Positions 28,894 through 36,953 of a stretch of 64,000 bases of DNA are shown piece by piece. Location: positions 768,001 through 832,000 of the forward strand of contig CBDCRW010000007.1 in assembly GCA_965221125.1 (NCBI GenBank), read 5' to 3'. Source of the stretch: Alphaproteobacteria bacterium. GTDB taxonomy: Bacteria > Pseudomonadota > Alphaproteobacteria > UBA828. The notes under the pieces were generated by a model that was given only the letters and a program-made list of their open reading frames with translations, was not told the DNA's origin and did no database searches. Within the stretch, counting starts at the first letter, position 1. Each line of letters opens with the position of its first letter. Position numbers and translations under genes: made by a program.

Positions 28894-31413
28894 ATGGCGA
28901 TCCTGGAGGAGATGAAGGCCGGTGGGAACCTGCTCGCCGAGCTGCCTGACGACACGGAGGACGCGCACTTCGTGCCGGCTCCGTGCCAGATCGCCTGCCC
29001 GGTGGGGACGGATGCACCCTCCTACATCGCCTACATCTGGGAGCGGAAGTTCGAGGAGGCGTTCGAGGCGATCACGGCGACCAACCCGTTCAGCTCGATC
29101 TGCGGACGGGTGTGCGATGCGCCGTGCGAGCCCGCGTGCCGGCGCACGGATTCCGACGGCCCGGTGCAGATACGCAACCTCAAGCGCTTCGTCATGGACG
29201 AGGTGGGGCACGACTACGATCCGCCCCCGGTGCCGATCCGCCACGAGCAGAGCGTGGCTGTGGTGGGCTCCGGGCCTGCGGGCTTGACGGCGGCGCACGA
29301 GCTTTCGGTCGCGGGCTACAAGGTGCACGTCTACGAGATGACCGACCGCCTGGGCGGCATGATGATCTGGGGCATTCCGGCGTTCCGGCTGCCGCCCGGG
29401 ATCATCCAGGAGGATATCGACCGCATGACGCGGCGTTGCCCCGGCATGGAGGTGCACCTCAACACCGCGCTCGGGCGCGACGTGACGCTCGACGATCTCA
29501 AGGCGCGGCACGATGCCGTGATCCTCGCCATCGGCGCGTGGTGGGGCAAGAAGATGGGCATACCGGGCGAGGACGACACGCGCGTGATTGACGGCGTGCA
29601 ATTCCTCCGTGACGTGAACGAGGGCGCCCGGCCCGAGATGCCGGAGACGGTCGTGGTCGTGGGCGGCGGCGACGTGGCGATGGACGCCTGCCGCGTCGCG
29701 AAGCGCCTGCCCGGCTGCAAGCATGTGAAGGTGATCTACCGGCGCGGACCGGCGGAGATCCCCGCGCGCAAGATCGAGCTGGAAGGCGCGATCGAAGAGG
29801 GGATCGAGTTCGTCTACCACACGCAGCAGACCGCCATCGTGCCGCAGGGCAACGAGCTTGCCGTGCGCTGCGTGCAGACGACGCTGGGCGACCCGGACGA
29901 ATCCGGCCGGCGCGCGCCGGTGAACGTGCCGGGCACGGAGCACGACATCGCCTGCGGCATGATTATCGCTTCGGTGGGGCAGGAGGGTCTCTGCGAAGAC
30001 CTGAAGCAGCGGGGGATGATGCTGTCGGACCGCGTGCGGACCGCGTGGGACGACATGCGCACGAGCGATCCCAAGGTGTTCGCGGCCGGCGACGGGGCTT
30101 TCGGCGGGTCCACCATCGTCATGGCGATGAACCACGGCCAGCGGGTCGCCTACTACGTGAAGGCGTTCCTCGAGGGCCGCGCTGATCCGCTGCCCTACCG
30201 CACGCCGCACCGCACTCGGCGCGTGCCGGTGGCGCAGGACCTGGATTGGGAGCTGCTTCCGGTTCAGCACCCCGACTTCCTCGGCCTCGGCGACGATCCG
30301 GTGTCTTTCCCGGAGATCGAGACCACGTATGGCTGGGAGGCGGCGCGCAAGGAGGCGGCGCGGTGCTTCCGCTGCGACGCGGAGACCGGCTCGGCCGACT
30401 ACGCGGTGGGGCACCGCGAGGACATCTTCGTGATGGCCCGCACGGCGCCGGGGGATACCGCGGGCCAGCAGGCGATGCTGGAGAAGCGCCTGGGCGAGCG
30501 GGACGATCCCTTCCCGGACGAGCTTTCGGGCGTGCTGGACGATCTCGCCTTCCTGCCGGCGAACCTGTCGCGGCTGGTGATCGACCCCTACCGAGAGGCC
30601 TGCCGCATCGGCACCACGGTGGGCGGCACCGATCTCGCGCTGCCCTTCATGGTGACGGGATTCGACGATGCGCCGGTGGAAGTCCGCGCTGCGGTCGGGC
30701 GCGGCGTTGCGGAGGCGGACGCGAGCTACCTGGGAATGCAGCCCTTGGGCGACGGCGCGCGCTGGTTCCAGCTCGTGGTGCCGGGGCAGATTGCACCGAG
30801 CGCGGACGCGGCCGGGCTGATCCACGCCCTCGGCCACCGCTTCACGCCCGTCGAGGCGACCGCCGCGGCGGAGGGTCAGGTGCTCGGGCTTTCGGTTTCC
30901 TCGCCGGCGGTCCTGGAAGAAGCGATCCCCCATGCGCTCGACGCGGGCTTCGACATGCTGCTGCTGGATGGCAGCGCCGGCCTGGGCGCGCCCTGGGCCG
31001 AGCTGAGAGGCGCGCCCGATCTCACGATCCTGCGCGATGCCGTGGCGATCCTGCGGCGCCTCGACCGGGAGGAGGAGATCGACCTCGTCTACTTCGGCGG
31101 CGTGCGCTCGGGCACCGATGCGGCGAAGGTGATTGCACTCGGCACCGTCGCCGTGGTGCTGGGGGTGGCCGTGGGGCTTGCCGCCGGCGGCGCGATCACC
31201 GGCGCCCACGAGCTTGTGTTCTCGGCAGACCGCAGCGACGAGGACCGTACGGCAGGCACCGTCAACATCCTCAAGGCGACCGCCTCCGAGGCCTCGATGA
31301 TGGCGCGCTGCACCGGCAAGACCAACCTGCAGAACGTCGAGCCCGAAGACCTCCGCGCGCTCACCGTCGCGACCGCCACCGCAACCGGCATTCCTCTCGC
31401 AGGAACGCGGTAG
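28894..31413 (+). CDS. GltD-like Fe-S flavoprotein fused to a degenerate glutamate synthase FMN-barrel domain
   Basis: CQIACP, CGRVCDAPCEPAC, GSGPAG, GGGDVAMD, EAARCFRC; C-terminal LDDLAFLPANLSRLVIDPYRE, GGVRSGTDAAK, MARCTGKT..NVEPEDLRA. Confidence 0.88.
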   Translation: MAILEEMKAGGNLLAELPDDTEDAHFVPAPCQIACPVGTDAPSYIAYIWERKFEEAFEAITATNPFSSICGRVCDAPCEPACRRTDSDGPVQIRNLKRFVMDEVGHDYDPPPVPIRHEQSVAVVGSGPAGLTAAHELSVAGYKVHVYEMTDRLGGMMIWGIPAFRLPPGIIQEDIDRMTRRCPGMEVHLNTALGRDVTLDDLKARHDAVILAIGAWWGKKMGIPGEDDTRVIDGVQFLRDVNEGARPEMPETVVVVGGGDVAMDACRVAKRLPGCKHVKVIYRRGPAEIPARKIELEGAIEEGIEFVYHTQQTAIVPQGNELAVRCVQTTLGDPDESGRRAPVNVPGTEHDIACGMIIASVGQEGLCEDLKQRGMMLSDRVRTAWDDMRTSDPKVFAAGDGAFGGSTIVMAMNHGQRVAYYVKAFLEGRADPLPYRTPHRTRRVPVAQDLDWELLPVQHPDFLGLGDDPVSFPEIETTYGWEAARKEAARCFRCDAETGSADYAVGHREDIFVMARTAPGDTAGQQAMLEKRLGERDDPFPDELSGVLDDLAFLPANLSRLVIDPYREACRIGTTVGGTDLALPFMVTGFDDAPVEVRAAVGRGVAEADASYLGMQPLGDGARWFQLVVPGQIAPSADAAGLIHALGHRFTPVEATAAAEGQVLGLSVSSPAVLEEAIPHALDAGFDMLLLDGSAGLGAPWAELRGAPDLTILRDAVAILRRLDREEEIDLVYFGGVRSGTDAAKVIALGTVAVVLGVAVGLAAGGAITGAHELVFSADRSDEDRTAGTVNILKATASEASMMARCTGKTNLQNVEPEDLRALTVATATATGIPLAGTR

Positions 31414-31465
31414 AAGCGCGATGTCGGGCTGCCGCAGCATCCCGCGAATGGCATAGACTGAGCGA

Positions 31466-32752
31466 ATGCGCGTTCACCTGAACTACGGCCGGGGACAACG
31501 GGCGGTCGATCTGCCTGACGATCTCGACGTCACGGTGATCGCCAAGCAGGCGATGCCGCTGCTCGCCGACCCGGCGCAGGCGATGGCCGACGCACTGGCC
31601 GAGCCCGTGGGCTGCCTGCCGCTGGCGGCGGAAGCGGCCCGTGCGAAGCGCGTTTGCATCCTCATCTGCGACTTCACGCGGCCGGTCCCCAACGGCGTGA
31701 TCCTGCCCCCGCTCATCCGCACCCTGCTTGGCGCGAGGCTCAAGCCGGAGCAAATCACCGTGCTGGTGGCGACCGGGCTGCACCGGCCCAACGAGGGCGG
31801 CGAGCTTGCCGCCCTGGTCGGCGATCCCTGGGTGCTGGAGACGGTGACCGTCGCCAACCACTTCGCCCGAGAGGACGCCGACCACTTGCTGGTGGGCACG
31901 ACCGGGCGTGGCACGGTGGTGCGTCTCGACCGACGCTTCATGGAGGCTGATCTCCGCATCGCGACCGGCCTGGTGGAGCCGCATTTCATGGCCGGCTGGT
32001 CGGGCGGTCGCAAGGTGATCGCGCCCGGCGTGGCCCACGCCGAGACCATCACCACCTTCCACAGCGCGCGCTTCATGGAGCATCCCAACTGCACCAACTG
32101 CGTGCTGGAAGGCAATCCGCTGCACGAGGAGCAGCTGGAGATCATGGCGATGATCGGCGGCGCGCGGGCTGTCAACAGCGTGATCGACGACGAGCGCCGC
32201 ATCGCCTTCCTCAACTACGGCGAGGTCGTGGCGAGCCACGCGGGCGCGGTCTCCTTCGCGGAGCAGTACTGCACCGTTCCCGTGGGCGAGCGCTTCAGGA
32301 CCGTGCTCACCAGCGCCGCCGGCTATCCGCTCGATGCGACCTACTATCAGACCGTGAAGGGCATGGTCGGCCCGCTCGAAATCCTGGAGCCCGGCGGCGA
32401 CCTCATCGTCGCTTCGGCATGCTCCGAGGGCCTCGGCTCGCCCCACTACGCAGACGCGCAGCGCCGCCTGGTGGAGAACGGGCCGGACCGCTTCCTCGAC
32501 GAGATCAGCGCCAAGACCTACGCCGCGATCGACGAGTGGCAGACCGAGATGCAGCTCCGCCCCATGCGGGCCGGCACGGTTCACCTCTACACCGACGGCC
32601 TCGCGCCCGCGGACCGCGCGCTCACCGGCGTCAACATGACCGAGTCGCTCGCCGATGCGGTGGCAAAGAGCGCCGCCCGCCACGGCGATACCCGCGTGGC
32701 CGTGATCCCGGAAGGCCCCTACGTGGTGCCGGTCCACCGTCCGTCTGCATAG
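31466..32752 (+). CDS. larA: LarA-family nickel-pincer racemase/epimerase
   Basis: DFTRP, ATGLHR, EPHFMAGWSGGRK, YQTVKG motifs; substrate unknown. Confidence 0.9.
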   Translation: MRVHLNYGRGQRAVDLPDDLDVTVIAKQAMPLLADPAQAMADALAEPVGCLPLAAEAARAKRVCILICDFTRPVPNGVILPPLIRTLLGARLKPEQITVLVATGLHRPNEGGELAALVGDPWVLETVTVANHFAREDADHLLVGTTGRGTVVRLDRRFMEADLRIATGLVEPHFMAGWSGGRKVIAPGVAHAETITTFHSARFMEHPNCTNCVLEGNPLHEEQLEIMAMIGGARAVNSVIDDERRIAFLNYGEVVASHAGAVSFAEQYCTVPVGERFRTVLTSAAGYPLDATYYQTVKGMVGPLEILEPGGDLIVASACSEGLGSPHYADAQRRLVENGPDRFLDEISAKTYAAIDEWQTEMQLRPMRAGTVHLYTDGLAPADRALTGVNMTESLADAVAKSAARHGDTRVAVIPEGPYVVPVHRPSA

Positions 32753-32866
32753 CTCTGCAGCCCTTCCCATCTGCCAAGCCAGCCGCACCCTTGGCGCAGC
32801 GCGAATCCAGGGGTACGTTTCCCGTCATGCGGCCGGGTTCGGCCGACCGATTGCGCGGAGGACGTT

Positions 32867-34702
32867 ATGGCTTGGCAAGGCAGACTGTTACGCGTTGACC
32901 TCACCGCCGGCACTTGCACGGAAGAGGCACTCAACATGGAGTGGGCGCAGGACTACCTGGGCAGCAGGGGCCTTGCCACCAAGTATCTGGTGGAGGAGAT
33001 GGACCCGAAGGCGGACGCGCTCTCGCCCGAGAACGTCCTGATCTTCGCGACCGGCCCGCTGACCGGGACCACGGCGCCGACCGGCGGGCGCTACACGGTC
33101 GTCACCAAGGGCGCGCTGACCAATGCCGCCGCCAGCTCGAACTCGGGCGGCTACTTCGGGGGCGAGCTGAAGCTCGCCGGCTGGGACATGGTGATTTGCC
33201 AGGGCCGCTCGCCGCGCCCGGTCTACCTCTACATCAAGGACGACCACGCCGAGCTGATCGACGCCGAGGGCTTCATCTGGGGCAAGTCGGTCTGGGATAC
33301 CGAGCCGGCGATCAAGGCGCGCCATCAGGACGGCGCCATCAAGATCGCCTCCATCGGCCGGGCCGGCGAGAACCTCAACCGCTACGCCTGCGTGATGAAC
33401 GACCTCGACCGGGCCGCCGGGCGCTCCGGCGTCGGCGCGGTCATGGGGTCCAAGAACCTGAAGGCGATCGCCGTGCGCGGCACGCGGGGCGTCGCCGTGA
33501 ACGATTCCAAGGCCTTCGCGGAGGCGGTGGAGCACGCCGCAAACGAGCTCCTGGTGAACCAGACGCGCAAGGACCTCACGCGCACCGGCACGCTCTCGAT
33601 GATCGACGTGACCCAGGCCTTCGGCAGCCTGCCGACCCGCAACAACCAGGATGTGCAGTTCGAGGGCACAAGCAACCTCGGCCCTGCCGCAATGACGAAG
33701 GTGCGGCGCTCCGACGGCTCCGCCAATCTGGTCAAGAACCGCGCCTGCTTCGCCTGTACCATCGGCTGCCAGCGCGCATCGAAGATGGATCCCACGCATT
33801 TCGCGGCCAAGGGCGAGGGCAGGGAGCGCTACAGGAGCGTGAGCGGCGGGCTTGAGTACGAATCGGCCTATTCGCTCGGCCCCATGGTGGGCGTGGACGA
33901 TATCGAGGCGGCGACCTTCGCCAACTTCGTCTGCAACGAGGACGGAATGGACCCGATCTCCTTCGGCGCCACCGTCGCGGCGGCGATGGAGCTCTACGAG
34001 GAGGGCGTCATCACCGACGCCGAGACCGGCGGCGTCGCCTACACCTTCGGCTCGGCCGAGGCGCTCTGCCGGGCGGCGGAGGAAGCCGGCACGGGCACCG
34101 GCTTCGGCAAGGATCTAGGCCTCGGCTCCAAGCGGCTCTGCGAGAAGTATGGCCGCCCCGAGCTCGCCATGGTTGCCAAGGGGCAGGAGTTCCCGGGCTA
34201 CGACGGCCGCTCGATGCAGGGCATGGGCTTGGCCTACGCCACCAGCAACCGCGGCGCCTGCCACCTGCGCGCCGACCCCTACGAGGACGACTTCTCCGGC
34301 GGCAAGCTGGAGGGCAAGGCCAAGATCGTGAAGGACACGCAGGATTCAAACGCAGCCATCGATTCGGTCGGCATCTGCGCCTTCCCGATGATGGTCTGGG
34401 GTCTCGATGAGGTCGCCAGTCTGGTGAATGCGGGCTGCGAGGGCGAGTGGACCGTGGACCGCCTGAACGAGACCGGCGAGCGCATCTGGAACATGGAGCG
34501 CCAATTCAACCTCGACGCCGGCTTGACCGCCGCCGACGACACGCTGCCGCATCGCATCCTCAAGGAGGCGGCGAAGAGCGGCTCCGGCAAGGGCAAGGTC
34601 TGCGAGCTCGACACCATGCTGCCGCAGTACTATGAGCTGCGAGGCTGGACGGCGGACGGGCGGCCCAAGGCGGAGACGATGCAGCGCCTCGGCCTCGCAT
34701 GA
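32867..34702 (+). CDS. aor: Aldehyde:ferredoxin oxidoreductase (tungsten AOR family)
   Basis: LLRVDLT, AGRSGVGAVMGSKNLKAI, CFACTIGC, EYE, GACH, YYELRGW; GGAGG RBS; candidate own promoter TTGGCG-17-TACGTT at 32791-32819. Confidence 0.93.
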   Translation: MAWQGRLLRVDLTAGTCTEEALNMEWAQDYLGSRGLATKYLVEEMDPKADALSPENVLIFATGPLTGTTAPTGGRYTVVTKGALTNAAASSNSGGYFGGELKLAGWDMVICQGRSPRPVYLYIKDDHAELIDAEGFIWGKSVWDTEPAIKARHQDGAIKIASIGRAGENLNRYACVMNDLDRAAGRSGVGAVMGSKNLKAIAVRGTRGVAVNDSKAFAEAVEHAANELLVNQTRKDLTRTGTLSMIDVTQAFGSLPTRNNQDVQFEGTSNLGPAAMTKVRRSDGSANLVKNRACFACTIGCQRASKMDPTHFAAKGEGRERYRSVSGGLEYESAYSLGPMVGVDDIEAATFANFVCNEDGMDPISFGATVAAAMELYEEGVITDAETGGVAYTFGSAEALCRAAEEAGTGTGFGKDLGLGSKRLCEKYGRPELAMVAKGQEFPGYDGRSMQGMGLAYATSNRGACHLRADPYEDDFSGGKLEGKAKIVKDTQDSNAAIDSVGICAFPMMVWGLDEVASLVNAGCEGEWTVDRLNETGERIWNMERQFNLDAGLTAADDTLPHRILKEAAKSGSGKGKVCELDTMLPQYYELRGWTADGRPKAETMQRLGLA

Positions 34703-34959
34703 AGGTGACGGTGGAGCTCATCGCCATCGAGCTCCCCGAATTCGGCAGCGCGAAGAGCCGCGAACTCGATCTGCAGGCGCGCGCGAACCTGGCGGATGCG
34801 CTCTCCGGCCTCGGCGTGGGTAGCGACCCGGCGATTCTCGCCATGGTGAACGGCGAGGCCGTGCCACGCGATCAGTGGCCCGAGACGCCGCTCTCGGCAA
34901 ACGACACAATCAGTCTCTTCCGGCCGTTCAAGGGGGGAGGGCTAGAATCCCGCCCATAA
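34699..34959 (+). CDS. MoaD/ThiS family sulfur carrier with C-terminal extension after GG
   Basis: 86 aa; MVNG...DTISLFRPFKGG followed by GLESRP; ATGA overlap with aor. Confidence 0.85.
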   Translation: MKVTVELIAIELPEFGSAKSRELDLQARANLADALSGLGVGSDPAILAMVNGEAVPRDQWPETPLSANDTISLFRPFKGGGLESRP

Positions 34960-36470
34960 CACTACTTTTGGGCTCCTGCAGTATGAACACCCCCGTCATG
35001 TTCGGTCGATTACGACGGTAAGCGCTCAACTCCTTACATCATCCAGGACGGACAACTCCTACATCAACTCTCTCTTTACCATATTGCAACACCAAGTCAT
35101 TCCTCCATAACTCTTACTTCTCTATGCGAAGTACAAAATCAAAATTTGGCGTGTTATGTTGAATTGCAAACTCAAATCGTCGGATAAGATGAGCATCGAA
35201 ACACATCATCCGCGTAGACGTTTTTGCATGCCGTTCCAACATTTGTGCTGCCTGTACCATGCGAAATAATTGCTTTAGGTCGAGTATCTGTAATAGACCA
35301 CTAGTTTTTCGACAAAACTCTCGCAAATACCTCGAACCAAATTCCTCCGCTTGGTCGAGCAACGTTAGATCCGGAACAAGAATTATTGCATGTGGCGGAA
35401 CGTCGCGCTCAACATTCAGTAAGTTTCCCTTCGTATCTGCAATGGGATAGCCTTGCTTCATACTGCGTATTGCGCCAGACAGTTGTTTCGATGCCTTGGC
35501 AATCTGCTTTTTTAAATTTGCGGATAGCTTGCTTCGTGTCGGCAACCGTTGTCTTGATAGTATCGCTAGAGTCTTTGATTCAAACAACACTGACCCATAA
35601 GAATGACTAAGCAAGAGGTCGCATAGTTCTCGCGACCCCGAATTCATGTAAACAGTAGGATTTTTCGCTGCTCCTTGCGGATTCAACTCGTCAATCAACC
35701 AAAAGGCGGTTTCCTCCTGTTGGCCGCCTTCATCAGGTTCAAATGCTGAGATTCGGCTTATTATTGCCTGACTGCTGATGTACCAATTGACTATTTCGTT
35801 CCACTCCTTAACTTGAACAACTTTCAATATGTGCTCTTCACTTTTTTGTTTGTCGGTGATCCAGTCGTCTAATCTAAGTGACACATACTTGGTTATTTCA
35901 GTGTCTTGTGACGAACAAAGATGGGCGGAATGAATCCAATCCATTAGAGGCGCTGCACACAAATTAGAGTCGCTTCGTGCCCAAGATGCATTTACAACAA
36001 GTTCGTTGAATAGGAACGTTACAAAATTGGGCGTAAAAATCATCGATCGAAGTGCAGATCTTTCATCCTCTGACTCCATCATGGACCAAACAACAGCGGG
36101 GTAGCTTGGATCGTCTTCGATTTTGATCCCATAACCCAGACAATTACGCGGAGTGCGAAAGAAGGGTAGGGTAAGGGTGTCAGCTTGACTAATATATCTG
36201 AGTAGCAATGTTGATGCCTTAATGAGAAAGGTCGGTTCAAGGCCATCTGCGCCGGTTGCCAAAGTTGCTCTTACAAGCTGAGGTACAGCCAAAAACTCCG
36301 CGTGATGGCGCTGTGAAAGAACATGCATCTCCGTCTCCTTAGCTCAATCGACCGGCCAAGTCGGAATTGGACGATGCCATTCGGAACGAGGATCGGCGTT
36401 AGAGTACCCAAAATCAATACGAGGTGTCTCAAGAAACAGCGAGTTTAGTCAGATGCTGGTTTGCGTAGGA
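34945..36470. mobile_element. Low-GC foreign islet (no transposase or integrase seen)
   Basis: Abrupt drop from very high GC to visibly AT-rich sequence between convergent moaD and bcp; boundaries approximate. Confidence 0.65.
35114..36328 (-). CDS. Hypothetical protein with probable C-terminal PD-(D/E)XK/NERD-like nuclease domain
   Basis: 404-aa open frame in AT-rich DNA; AAGGAG RBS; QEE...ELCDLLL...LFESK...KASKQL pattern. Confidence 0.75.
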   Translation of the reverse strand: MHVLSQRHHAEFLAVPQLVRATLATGADGLEPTFLIKASTLLLRYISQADTLTLPFFRTPRNCLGYGIKIEDDPSYPAVVWSMMESEDERSALRSMIFTPNFVTFLFNELVVNASWARSDSNLCAAPLMDWIHSAHLCSSQDTEITKYVSLRLDDWITDKQKSEEHILKVVQVKEWNEIVNWYISSQAIISRISAFEPDEGGQQEETAFWLIDELNPQGAAKNPTVYMNSGSRELCDLLLSHSYGSVLFESKTLAILSRQRLPTRSKLSANLKKQIAKASKQLSGAIRSMKQGYPIADTKGNLLNVERDVPPHAIILVPDLTLLDQAEEFGSRYLREFCRKTSGLLQILDLKQLFRMVQAAQMLERHAKTSTRMMCFDAHLIRRFEFAIQHNTPNFDFVLRIEK

Positions 36471-36940
36471 GTCAGAGACCGCACCGCCTCCAGCACCTTC
36501 TCCACGTGGCCGGCGACCTTCACCTTGCGCCAGACCTTGCTGACATTGCCATCGGCGTCGATCAGGAAGGTCGCGCGCTCGATGCCCATGAAGGTCTTGC
36601 CGTAGTTCTTCTTCTCGACCCAGACGCCGTAGCGTTCGCAGATGTCGCTCTCGGCATCCGAGACGAGGGTGAAGGGGAGGTCGTACTTCTCCCGGAACTT
36701 GTCGTGCTTGGCGGCGGTATCCTTGGAGACGCCGACAATCACCGCGCCGGCGGCCGCGAATTCCGGCAGGGCCTCGGTGAACTCCTGCGCCTCGCGCGTG
36801 CACCCCGGCGTGTCGTCACGCGGGTAGAAGTAGAGCACGACCGCCTTGCCGCGCAGGTCTTCGAGGCAGAGCGAGCCGCCGTCGTTGGTGGGTGCCGTGA
36901 ATCCCGGCGCCGGGTTGCCGGCAGCGATCGTCGTGCTCAT
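36449..36940 (-). CDS. bcp: Thioredoxin-dependent thiol peroxidase (Bcp/PrxQ)
   Basis: VLYFYPRDDTPGCTREA, GIERATFLID; start MSTTIAAG with GAGG RBS. Confidence 0.95.
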   Translation of the reverse strand: MSTTIAAGNPAPGFTAPTNDGGSLCLEDLRGKAVVLYFYPRDDTPGCTREAQEFTEALPEFAAAGAVIVGVSKDTAAKHDKFREKYDLPFTLVSDAESDICERYGVWVEKKNYGKTFMGIERATFLIDADGNVSKVWRKVKVAGHVEKVLEAVRSLTPTQTSI

Positions 36941-36953
36941 GTCGGGTCTCCTC

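Noticed and set aside
27271-31440. 1389-aa minus-strand ORF
   Set aside because: Antisense shadow of the well-supported plus-strand genes; high GC suppresses stop codons and there are no recognisable motifs
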